Shown here piece after piece: positions 14,157-27,022 of a stretch of 64,000 bases of DNA. The DNA is from the human T2T-CHM13v2.0 reference genome, Homo sapiens: assembly GCF_009914755.1 (NCBI RefSeq), contig NC_060933.1; one strand, written 5' to 3'. Position 1 is the stretch's first letter. Every line of letters starts with the position of its first letter. The position numbers and the translations under genes were made by a program. A model generated the notes under the pieces. It was not told the origin of the DNA, made no database searches, and worked only from the letters and a program-made list of their open reading frames with translations.

Positions 14157-15589
14157 ACAATAAACATTTAATTATACGGTTGTAGTTACTCAGATGTGAT
14201 GGTTTAATAAATATTTAACAGCCAAATTAAGCTTATTAATTTAAAGCTATTCTGTCTTGACAATTATGCAACCTGAGGACACAGAAATTGGGGGAGTGGG
14301 GGAAGCAAGTCCCTTTTACACGGTATACAAGGGGCATTTTACCCGTTCCAATAATTTCAAGAGCACTGTAAACATTAGAGGGAATATAATCATATTTCAC
14401 GATCACAAAGACAGCAAAAACAAGGTGGCCATATAACTTTCATGTTATCATGCCCCTGCACAGCCCCTATAGGAAATAGGGAGGCAGAAATTTCTTTCAC
14501 TGCAACATCCTGTTATTGAAATTTCTCTGAAAACTATTTGCTTTTTTAAAATAGAGAAGCAAATGTCTCGGAATTTTAGACTCTGACATCCCTCTGCTGT
14601 CTCAATAAAAGATTAGTTTGTGGTCCTTGCTGCCCCTGTGTTATTTTTGTGGTTTAATACCCTTCACGGTGAAATCAGCTAAAAAACAAACAAACAAAAA
14701 AAACAACTCTCTTCTCTTTCTGTTGGAGTTTTCAAGAGCTACACACTCCTTGGCTGGCTTATGTACTCCAACACAAAGGCAAGGGGCTGCCCGGGCAGGT
14801 AAGAGTGAAATCCAATTTATGCAACTTGCTTACTGTGACCTCCAATTTATCCTAGGATTTTGTTATATAAACTTATTTGCATAAGGGTGGCTTACACCCT
14901 GTACTGTGTACCTCTGAGAGGGCCAAGACTTGTCTTATTTGTACAGGGAGTTCTCTCACTCATGTGACCTGTCTAGTCCACCTCCATAAAGAAGACAGAC
15001 CAAAAATTCCATCTCCAGATTACACAGACATATTTATAGTTAAGACTCCTCGACTAGACATGCATCAATTACTTAAGAGGAGTCTTAACTATAAATACAT
15101 ACGCATATATTAACACATCTTTGCACTATTAAACTCAATATTTGTTGAGTGCCAATTAAGAGCCAGGGACCATGCAAAGAGCTGTGAGATTAGAAAATTA
15201 AGAGACAGGGTCTGCCCTCAAAATAGTCCACTGGTCAGGAGAAAAACACTTTAATATGACGGAAAAACAATCATCATCCAAGTATACATAAACTGTATAC
15301 ATGGTAGATGCACAAAGGAGGGAGGGGTTAGTTGGGGTGTGGCAGATTATTTAGAAAAGTTTCAAAGAATAAGTGAAAGTTAACCAGGTCATAAAGGACT
15401 CAGGGTAATATACTGGGACATGAGACAGCATGGAATAGTCAAGGAATCATGGATTGCTAATATTTTACGATGACTAAAGTATAGGGGAGAAGAAAGAAAG
15501 ATAAGGATGAAACGGTCAGACTGGAGAAGGCTTAAAAGCAGTACTTAAAATATAATTTGAGGCATGTGAAACTGTTCGAGGCTGCTAGG

Positions 15590-16530
15590 GTACCAAAGTC
15601 ATTCTTTTGAAAACAAATAAATGGAAAGAATCAAGCACTGTGTTTTACTTTTCTATACAAACTACTGCTGGTTTGGGGGGAGAAAGTAGATAAGGGGCAG
15701 TTTTTCTTTATAGGTGAACTCTGACAGATAAATGAAGAAAGAACGATGGAACAAAAATATCAGCATTTCACAATCCCTAATGAATTAATGCTTATACAGC
15801 AATGAGCATCAATGGTTGCTAACATCATTAAAAAAAAAGAGATAATCTTACATTATAGGCCTCCTAATAAAAGAATATAATCTACCCATGAGATGGTCTG
15901 GCCCAGAAAAACAAAACTAAAACAAACAAAAAAACCTAACATGACTCTGACCATGATTCTAACTTTGACTATTGACTTACAGAAAATACACCATGAAGAT
16001 ACTGTCAACAAAATCCAAAACCAGAAATTCTATGACAACCAAGTTTTTCTCCTCTTGCATCTTCATGTGAAAAAAGAGAGATGAGGGAGAACCTATAGAT
16101 TAAAGAAATGTAATACTTTTACAAATTGCAAGATGTGAACTTTATTTAGATTTCAATTCAAACAAAATGTAGAGAAAAAAACTTACGATATTTTGATTCC
16201 ATTGGAAATTTGTCCAGTGGCTAGATATTTGATGATATTAAGACTTAACTAATTACTTTAGATGTGATCATGGTATTTAGTTCTGTTTTTTAAAAAAGTC
16301 CTTATCTTTTAGAGACTCATATTAAAATATCTATAAATGAAATAATGTATCTTGGATCTTATTAAAAATCATACCAGGCTAGGAGAAGATGGCACTACAC
16401 ATGAAACAAAACTGACCATCCATTAATAATTGTTGAAGCTGAGTGATGGTCCATGAAGGGTTTACTATTTTGTGTATTTCATGTATACTTGAAAATCTTC
16501 ATAATGAAGGATTACAAAAAGAAAAAAAAA
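15590..16530 (+). mobile_element. Old L1 (L1MC/MD-type) 3' region
   Basis: Degenerate L1M 3'UTR motifs (ttggaaatttg...gatatttgatgatattaag...gtccttatcttttagaga...taataattgttgaagctgagtgatgg). Confidence 0.65.
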
Positions 16531-17259
16531 ACATGTTAAAGAGAATTTGGTACTTAGTCCATACAAGTGCTGCAGTTTTGAAACTATGGAATGTTTCATT
16601 AAACTGCCAATTGTGAAGATAATATTTTGAAAGTGACCCATAACACCATAATTTTAACTAGTTGATTTATATCCTTTTGCATATTTTCTTCTAGAATTTG
16701 TATTTTAGAAAGTTTTGTAGAGAAGAACCTGAGAAAGGAAAGAGACAGGAGATAGGAAGAACAACTCAAAATCTCCAACCTCAATTGAGTTAATGTGATA
16801 AGAATCCAAACTAAGCGCTGAATAGAAGAAGCAGGAGGAGGAGAAAAAGGGAGAGTCACAGACATTTTTGGAGCAAACCTGATAAGGAATCATAAGCAAA
16901 TGAAATAAGATCTGAGGGAAAAGAAATAATTTTCACAGCACCAATCACTACCTAAAATTATAGATTTCCTTTTACATGAAGGTAAAGCTCTGCTCCTATC
17001 TTAAGCATTGTATTATCCCCAGTGCCCAATAACCCATAATAGACAGTAAGTATTTTTTGAAAAAATATGTTAATAACTGATTTTCTAATTTAGGTTAATA
17101 AAAATAGATGGAATATATATTTACCTAATTAGAAAACACAGGAAGGTGTTTTGGGATAATGGGTACAGCTAAATCAGTTAGGGAGTATGCCCACCTGGCA
17201 CTAATGTATACATCATGAACTAACATTGTTTTTTTCATTAAATGAGAAACCCAGTATGA

Positions 17260-17662
17260 CAGACAGGATCAGCATGGCAGCTCTACAAGGTCAAGAATCA
17301 GGAATCCAGCCCCTTCCTGTCTTTGTGTTCCTCCATACTTTCCATATGCTTCTAACAACGTGGCAGCTAGAGCACCGGTCATCACTTCCAAGTTCCAGTT
17401 CCAGGCAAGAAGCAGAAGAGGGAAAGACAAAATGGTACCTACCAGTGAGTCAGCTTCTTTTTAATGAACTTCCCTGTAATTCCCACCTAATAACTGCCAT
17501 TTATATCTCATTAGCCAGATTCAGTCACAGAATAATGTCTAACTGCAAGGAAGGCTGGGGAAACTTTTTTGTTAGGCATGTTACTGTTATAATAAAATAA
17601 ACATTCTGTTAGAAGAATAAGAGGATAATGGATATTGAATAGATAACTAGCAGTGTCTGCAA
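17260..17662 (-). mobile_element. Ancient ERVL/MaLR-class solo LTR (LTR33/MLT1-like)
   Basis: atatctcattagccagattcagtcaca...ctaactgcaaggaaggctgggga...ttctgttagaagaataagaggataatggatattg...actagcagtgtctgca. Confidence 0.6.
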
Positions 17663-19570
17663 GAGATACTTTAGAATATGTTGTACCTGGGTATCTGTTC
17701 TGTTTCAAGTACCTGTTGATCAGAATTGTCCAGTTGGTAGCTTTTGAGAATAGTTGGCGTTGAAGAAGATGTAAAAAATATATTGGTAACAGGTGATTGT
17801 CCAGGGACCGACTATATAATAGAAAAGGAGAAACTGAGAATGGCTAACTTAATGGTGGTAGAGGAAGGTCAGCAGGTAAAGGAGACTCACACAGAGTGAG
17901 ATCAAGGTAGGTATAACAGAGTCAAGGAATCAAGCAAAAAGTAAGTCAAAAGTGCCAGTAAAGTCAAAGTCAATGCTTAGGACATGGTTTCTACATTAGG
18001 ATCTGGAAGGCACTAGTGAACTTTTCCAGCGGTAGTTTTAAGAACAGTTTCAAGAGCAAAAGCCAGACCACAATGGGTTGAGGAATAAGGGAGCTTTTGA
18101 GATGTCCATCAGAGAAAGAAAGGATATGAAGGTGCCATAGTCTAAAAAGCACCAGAGTTCACTGGAAAGTTGCAGGGAGGTATGTTTGGTCTGAAGGATG
18201 ACTCATTATATTTGTAGATAGACTAAGAAGAACAATCCAGGACAGAGTCAGATACTGAAGAACCTGGAGGGTGGAACGGAGGAGGATCTGGGTTTCGTCC
18301 GCTGAGAACAGCAGTTTGTCCAAGTAAAGGCTTCATTTACACTGGAGTTTTTAAAACCTCTTTCCATGTTTTTATTATGAAACAATACTGAGACTTTTGA
18401 TTTGCCAGATACCTAAATGTGTCATTTTCCGTTTTGCCTAGTGATTTTTTTCCCCCCTGAAATACATCAAGTCATGATTATTCTGGTTGGCAATATCCCA
18501 GAGACAATAAAGGATGACCAGGACACAAAGTCTATCAAAATTCTCACCAATTAACTTACATGACATCCTTTGGGATTTGCACCCTACCCTTTTTTAGACA
18601 AGACATGAAGCACTGCAGGTGGAATTCAGCTGGGGATATGGGATATGAGGTTCATTCATTCAACATAGGGGCACAGGCTGAGATGCTGGACCAAGAGGTC
18701 ACATTGGCCGTACGCCTGACAGGCTTAAATAAGTGTGTAAGGGCTAGTTTTTAAATGGTAACAACTCACTAGGAACCACTTTAAAATGTTCTAGAGGAGG
18801 AGAGTTTGGGAAAGTGAGTGAAGGATGTGCGAATCACTGCAAACTGGAAATGATCGATAATGGCATGCCAACTGGGGGCCTGCATCCGAGGGCCCCCTTT
18901 TAAAAAAAAAAAAACAATGAGACCCCTAGGATCTTGGGCAAGTTATTAAACTTGGCTTCCAGTTCTCTTCTGCAAAATTCAAGTTGTTGAATGAGATTTC
19001 TGAAGTTTCTTGTTCTAAAAACTCTGTGATTATCTAACTCATGAAATAAATGCTGTATAAAACTGTATGTGATTTCTAAATTTGGTCTTAAACCTTCAAA
19101 AAGAGTACCTAAGCCTTGAGAGGTTTTCTAAATACAGAAGAGAGACCACAGAGCTGTTAATGTATCTACAGGCCCAATGAAGATAAAGAGATGGGTGGCA
19201 TATAACACACAACCTCCCTCCTTCAAATCTTGTTTTTTGGAGGAGGTAAACTATTAGGCTTATTGGTTTATTATACAAAACACAGAGGACTATGCATGAC
19301 TTATCTTTAAAGGGGAGGAAGTGACTTGTTACAAGTCTCTGAAAGTTGATAGACAATGACAGGAGGCTTGGTAAACAACAGTAAATGTGCTAGCCCTGTC
19401 TGATTCTTAACTAAGATCATCAGATAACTTAGCACTTTAAAATAACCCACCACAAGATCAACAAGTCTGAGGCTCACTTTAAATTAAAATAACGCTGCAA
19501 AATAATGTGAACTAGGACACGTGAAAATAGAGTGAATACTTTATATTACTAAAAATGCCCTAGAAATTAG

Positions 19571-19902
<332 letters not shown>

Positions 19903-20289
19903 TCAGATACTAAACATTTTAAACTAAGGTGGACTTTGAGAAAGATTCTGCTTTTATTCCCAATAAAATGAAGCGTTAGGCCAAATAGGAAATGACGTTT
20001 TAGAAATATATGCAAGAATAAAAACACATTCTGTGATCATGGATTATAAATCACTAGGTTCCTAGACTGCAGTTTTGCCTCCCAATCTTTACAAGAACCC
20101 CTGCCAACATCAGGTCTTCACATAATGCAATTGATAAAATTACCTAACAAAAGCTGTCTTCATCTATGACATCATTAATATTTTGCTTGAACTAATACCT
20201 GAATGGCAATTTGCATCTATAATAAGGTGAGCATTACTAATTATTAAATCCACATTTTACGGCTCTCTACTACAAAGCTAAACCTGTTT

Positions 20290-20593
<304 letters not shown>

Positions 20594-21613
20594 TAGTCTT
20601 TTTATTCCAAGTGTAGACTCTTGTACCACACTTCCTGGACCACTCCTCCTGAGCCCACAAAGATAATTGACTGGCCAGGTATGGCTATGTTCCTGAGGAA
20701 GGAAGGAAGCCCTACCTTCCTTCCTCAGATCCTCCATGAGCGCAACCTTTATTTATTTTATTATAATTTTTTTCTGACATAATCCACCCGGAGATGCATG
20801 AGTGCAACCTTTAGATAATACAATATAATATCAATACAATAGGTTGGAGCCCTCGTAGTAACACTGGCCATGTCCTTGGCCCTAGAAATGAGATATATGA
20901 AACAACCTAATAACATTAGGGAAAAGTTCCCTCAGATAGACTCTAAGGTACCACAGCTTTTCAGTACTTTCTGCAATTCTGCTTCTCAGAAAATGATATT
21001 AGGTTACATAAAGCAAGACTCAATCAGCATTTTAGAAATCATGCCAGAGTCCATTACTCACACCCAAGTTTCCAAGTACTGTGGCTACATTTTATTTCTT
21101 ACTCTTCCCTTTTCACCAGAATGTGGCACCACTACCAGATGGTCAGAGGATGTCAGATGATGGGAAGGTTAACAGTACTAAATTTTATTTTCTCAAAAGT
21201 GTTTAGTCAATATCACAGTGGTTTTAATTCGACATGACTTCCCTCTGAACAAGGTTTAATCATCAGTGGTACAATACAAGAAGCATGAATTTTGGCATTA
21301 TTCAGACCTGGATTCGAATTCTTGCTCTGTCACTTCCACCTGTAAGATGAGAACAAAAGCTATCTTACCTATTGTATAGATTAAGTAAGAAGATATAAAA
21401 TAAAAGAGTCCCACACAGGTCTACCATGGAGGGAGTAGAGTTCAATAAGGTTTCTTTCATTCCCAGTAAACCAGTTTGATAAATTAACTGCAGGAATTTA
21501 TTTATGAGATTCTTCTTCATTCTCAGAGAGGATAACACAAACTATTTACACAATTTGTCATCAATTGTTTGTGTTTTTTTCCAAGTTGTTTCCTCTTATC
21601 AAGAATGCCTTCT

Positions 21614-22040
21614 GGCCGGGTGTGGTGGCTCATGTCTGTAATCCCAGCACGTTGGGAGGCCAAGGAGGGTGGATCACCTGATGTCAGGAGTTTGAGACCA
21701 GCCTGGCCAACATGGTGAAATCCCGCCTCTACTAAAAGTACAAAAATTAGCAGGGCATGGTGGTATGCGCCTGTGATTCCAGCTTCTCGGGAGGCTGAGG
21801 CAGCAGAATCGCTTGAACCTAGGAGGCAGAGGCTGCAGTGAGCCGAGATTGCACCACTACACTCCAGCCTGGATAACAGAGTGAGACTCCACCTAAAACA
21901 AAAAAGAAAAAAAGAAAAAAAAGCCTTCTCCTGTACCCCCAGCAGCTTCTTGGGAGGCTGAGGCAGGAGGATCACTAGAGCCCAGGAGCTTGAGACCAGT
22001 CTGGGCCATATAGCGAGACCCTGTCTCAAAAATAAATAGA
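21614..22040 (+). mobile_element. AluS (21614-21922) followed by a partial Alu monomer (~21935-22040)
   Basis: ggccgggtgtggtggctc start, A-rich tail, gccttct flanking repeat, then a second monomer fragment ending gagaccctgtctcaaaaataaa. Confidence 0.88.
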
Positions 22041-23449
22041 AAGTCTTCTCCCACTGACCCCACACCCTCATCTCTACTAATTCATGCCTCTTTCCTTCAA
22101 AGACCAGCTCAAATTCTAACTTTGTACTATCTGGACCACCTCATGCAGTGACCGTACATAGGAAGTACCTACCACATACATATTTTTAAGCGTTACTGAA
22201 CATTATTAGAGTAATGAAAGAATATTACAAACCATTAAACACATCTAGAAGAAAATGTTTTTAATAACTTAAAGTGACATGATAGTTTATCATACTTAAA
22301 AAAATAGGAGTGTCACATAATAAAGCAAAGGTCAGCAATTTATTGTTTAAAAACCAGTACCGTGATTCTAAGCACTGAGGTCTCAAACCAGGGCCACTCT
22401 AGTAATTTCTTTCTTTCTCTATTTATTTAAAGTAATACCTGAGGGACCCATATATGTATTTTCCTTCTATGACCGTGAAAGGCAAGAAAATTACCTTTTC
22501 TGTGTCACAGATTCTGAATATTTCTTCCTATCCCTGTACTCCCACATCCCTAACCTCTATATTTTCAGAATTCAAAGATAAAAGTGTTGTCTTCAAACAT
22601 TTTAGTAAATGCTTCTCCATATTATCCTGCTTAATAGCAGGATCTTTGACTTTATCTGGGAATATATCACTGCACAATCACCTTTGGTGACCTAAGGAAG
22701 CTGCTTAGGGGTGATTTTTCCTTGTGGACCTTGACACTGCTTGCAAAGTTTACAGTCATAAATTGTAACCCTCTGAGAACAATTTCTCAAACTTGGTTAA
22801 ATAATTACATAGACACCAAAAGAAAACAACCCTCTGTCTACTCCTACCATTGCATTATCTTGTCTCCTAATTCAAAGAAAGCACAGCCTACATTTTGAAT
22901 AACTTAGAGAGGTTATAACATGAATTTACAAAATGTAACTAGGAAATTCAGAAAGGAGTCTCCAAACTGGAGGACACCATTTGTTATTTGGTGGCATCTT
23001 CTGGGAAAGGTTGATATTGCAGCTCAGCTCTGTGAAACATAAATTCTCTTGCAAAAGCACATGGGAAAAACTCTGGAAACAGAAAAATAATCCTGATGAT
23101 ATAGTATAATAAGGTGCAATCTAGACCCAAGAGAGTCAGTTTTATTTTAAGTGAGGATGTGTAAGAAGCTAGAGGCTCCTGGATGTTTCACAGCTCTTCC
23201 CTCAATCCTGGCTCTGCATGCCAAATCCACCTATGAGGACAACCTGTCACCTCCTGAAGGCCACTGGTAAAGCCCAAACCAATAGGTCAAAGAAACAGGA
23301 TTCATATGGGGGACAACATGAGATATTCAAGGCTTTCCCAGCAGCACTGCCAACTTCATGTAGCACACCTCTACAATTTTAGTATGAATCCAAGGAAGAA
23401 TAAGATTTGTTTTACCACCAACCTCCTCTTAGGTAGGTACACTACCTAT

Positions 23450-23660
23450 CAAGTGGGTTCAAATCCTAGCTCCATCACTTCTAAAGATGGCAACCTTGGG
23501 GAAGATTCTTCATCTTGGAGCCTCAGCTTTTTCATCCATAAAATGGCAATAATAATAATAATACCTATTTCACAGAGCTGTCTCGAGGGGTGAATGAGTT
23601 AAATCATGTTAAGTACATAGAAGGGTGACTAACAGACTAAACACTCAAGTTTAGCTATGG
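23450..23660 (+). mobile_element. MIR (representative; similar MIR remnants at ~12120-12290, 21280-21440, 26130-26340, 38680-39000, 40520-40760, 52680-52870, 59550-59740)
   Basis: gggttcaaatcctagctccatcactt...gagcctcagctttttcatccataaaatggcaataataata...atacctatttcacagagctg is the MIR core. Confidence 0.75.
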
Positions 23661-26600
23661 CTATAAGGCATCTCTGTGGTATGGTAATGCTAGTCTTGCA
23701 AAGCCCATGTTGAGTCCCATTGTTGGCTTTATGTCTAAAGATGACAAATGGGATAATTCCATCAAATGCATAGGTCATAAAGCAAGAAACAATAATGCAT
23801 TGAATAGGTGATGTAGCTCTCTTAAAGAAGGCTCACAGAATTTATTGGAAGAGAGATTCTGGCTCAATACATGTCAGTGGAAATGCTGAGTTTTGCCAAT
23901 TGTTGATGACAACCAGCTTTGCAAAGATAGAGCCCCTGTGTATTCACAACCTTCTGCTACCCAAGGGCTTCTAAGGAATTCCTTAATTTAAGAACTGAGA
24001 TACCACACTGGCCCTAGTATGTACTGAAACACGGAAACAAAAAGGCCTCCAACTGTTTTTTTTTTTAATCTCCTTTTTAACTGCTTTTTTCAAATAAACC
24101 AGGAATATGGATGAATAAATGAACAGCTGGTTGGCAAGGCTGCCTCCTCCTCAGTGTGATCACACCCAACACAGAAAAAAAAAATGCGTTAGAAAATAGG
24201 GACAGGTGAAACATCTCCATGCACCCAACAAAGTTAACTTTTGTCTGGTAATTTCAATTAATGTTCCACATTGAGCAGAATTTACCAGAGGAAGAACTGT
24301 AACCGTTCAGGTATTTTTACCTCCAGTTATAAAACACAGAAAACAGGAGCCTCCGATGAGAACCTGCCCCCTGGAGAGCCAGGGCAGCCCTTTAATGAAT
24401 GGCCTCTCCAGCTGCTCCCTCACCATACTTACAGACTTTACAGCTCTTGCATGTGCTGGAATTACAAGTCATTAAAAAGCCACTTTGAAAACACAATAAA
24501 GACCTTCTTCTCTGACTGCAACAACCTTCCATCACATAAAAACCTAAGGCCAATGCTTCAACAGCAGGACGTTTACTACCAGCTCCAGACAGTTTAAGCA
24601 GGGCAATGAACAGGGTGGGGCGGGAGGAAATGAGAAACAACAAAAGAAGGGAAGTTTTTTTTTTCCTTCTTTCTTTTTGAAAGAAATTTCTGGTAAGGTG
24701 ATTTAAAGCATTTATCCTGCATCGGAATCACCATCCACCCTTGGGAAAAATGCTGCCAACTGATGAGATTTTGTTTTTCTCCTTCAAGAAGGTTTTCTCC
24801 AAGAAAACCCCTTGGTAAGCTCCAACTATCAAAAGACATGACTGAAATCTCTCTTCTCATGCTGCAGGCTGAAGGATGTAACATTTTGCCAAATGTAATT
24901 TGTCCATTTTCAGGGAAAGATCATTAAAACTTTTTACTTCTTCACTTTAAAATTATGATTAAATCCTCAAAGTAAGGCAAGAAAGAGGAAGGCAATGATA
25001 AGAAAACTACCACCATAACTGAATCTGATCATACGTGGTTATCTCAATTTTCATTTACTGTTTTTTTCCTCCTCTGCTGTGAATACCAAACTTCTTCATA
25101 TCAGAAGACAAGATCAACTCTATACACTTCTCTTCAGGAGCAAAATTATATGAAAAACAAAAACAGGAATTACAGAAGAGGTGAAAGATATTTGGTTTTT
25201 TCCCTATTATCAATTAAAGTTTAAGCAGGTTAATAAAAAATACAATTATAAACCTTTAGTTGACACTGATACACTCCCTTTGCAGCTGTTAGTGTCAGTC
25301 ACCAGTCACTTACCTACTAAACAGTAAGTACAGTGGAATATCATGTACCCCAAAGAGATGAACTCCTAAACCAGGAACCACTGTACTCTAATGGGAATAG
25401 CCTCAGTTCTTGAATGTAAAATATTCTTAACAAAAACATTCCCCTATCATGCTTTCTGTATTTGCTAAATGCTCACCCACTATAACACAGTCCTTCTGCC
25501 TGTCTACCTTATCCAAGCCCCTACCAAATTCTTCTGTAGGGGAAATTTGTTGACAAACTTTCATGTGACAGTATTACATCTCTTTATGAGAAACATTTCA
25601 ATAATCACAAAATGTATTTAAAAATTATTCTTTCAGTTATATTAACAGTAACTCAAAGATAAATCATTTCTTAGGATATTTTAACAGCAACAGCAGAAAA
25701 CAAAAATGAAAAAACAAAAATCTACCAAGTGCCTACCCAGTGCAGTACTTGGTATGTTCTTGTCCTTTATCTCATTTAATTAAAAAGCTGAAAGATCTGA
25801 GACACTTTGGCTTATCTTTCAGCTTAAAACTTAAGACTTTTTATCTTGTATTTTTACATTGATCATGTAGCAGAACCATATCAACATCAAGACCATACAC
25901 CTTGTGACGACAAAATTCAGAGCAAAGTGACAAAAGACAAAACTCAAAACAAAGTGGCTTAGAGTACCAAATATTGCAGCATATAAACCCACAACCTTGA
26001 AAAAGGACACCAGAGTTCTGCAAGAGAAAAAATCTTGAGTTTGAAAGAGAAAAAATCTCTTTCAAAGCTACAGGTTATATAGGTACCCAGAAGTCAAGTC
26101 ATACATAGCAATAGCTAACTTACATTTTTTTTATTAGTGTGTTAACGTTTCACCCACATTGATTTATTAAATTTTCAACAATAATCCTACAAAGAAGATA
26201 CTATTATGATCTCCATTTTATAAAAGAGGAAACTAAGAAACAGAGAAAGTTAAATTATTTGCCCAAGATCCCTAGTGGCACTGAAATTTAAGACACAGCC
26301 TGTCTGACACCAGACAGCAGAATTCTAATTACCTATCTACCTACCTTTCACTTATCAACAAATAAGTGATCGATCCCTCAAACACCAGCCAGACATACAA
26401 ACCATGGATGTCCAACTTCTTTCTCTCTTCTCACATACAAAGGATATGAAAATCCTACCAAAAAGGACCATATCAATTAATAATCTAAGCTTCCTAACCC
26501 ATCTTAATACTACTGACATTTTTATATAAAACCTGAGTAGAATTTGATTCTAGAAAAGGTTCTTTAAAATGTTCATCTTTTTAAACTATAAGACCTATAC

Positions 26601-26930
26601 TGAGGCGAGATGTTTTCTTTATAGACATACTAGACAAATAATCATTTTCCCCAGCCTTCCTTATACTTCAAATTCTTCTGATTTATTTGTGTCTTTTTTC
26701 TGTTTCCAAAGTCCATGATCTCTGCCCATTATGTCTAAAATCACCCATCACCCCATGTCCCACAAATGAATACGAATCTGGCTCATATTCAACTAATAAA
26801 GCTGGAAAGGACCTTAGAGAGATCAGGTCATCTAATCACACTTACTCAGAGGCAGACACACAACTAGGACAATGTGCACAGTCACCCCTGAAGTTGGGCC
26901 TGCCCCAAGCCACCAAGTCAATTACTAGCC

Positions 26931-27022
26931 AAGGTAACAGGGGATACTTGTAACGGAGAGCACTAGCAGTCCATAGCAGTCCATAGCTTAGTGTTCTCCA
27001 TTACAAGTGTCCCCTGTTCCTT
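26931..27022 (-). ncRNA. MIR4473: Intronic miRNA hairpin MIR4473, with mature CUAGUGCUCUCCGUUACAAGUA at 26945-26966
   Basis: Near-perfect ~35-bp inverted repeat (aaggtaacaggggatacttgtaacggagagcacta ... tagtgttctccattacaagtgtcccctgttcctt). The mature sequence matches hsa-miR-4473 as I recall it. Same strand as the host gene. Confidence 0.88.

Noticed and set aside
18560-18715. Possible 156-nt poison exon on the minus strand (tgtcag|GCG ... CAT|gtaagt)
   Set aside because: Weak polypyrimidine tract, and GTAAGT hexamers are expected many times by chance in 64 kb. No further support.
21523-22071. 182-aa ORF, and similar ORFs at 8648, 5195, 13932, 34396, 49677 and 54797
   Set aside because: Translations of Alu sequence (typical [13 protein letters not shown] / [13 protein letters not shown] peptides)
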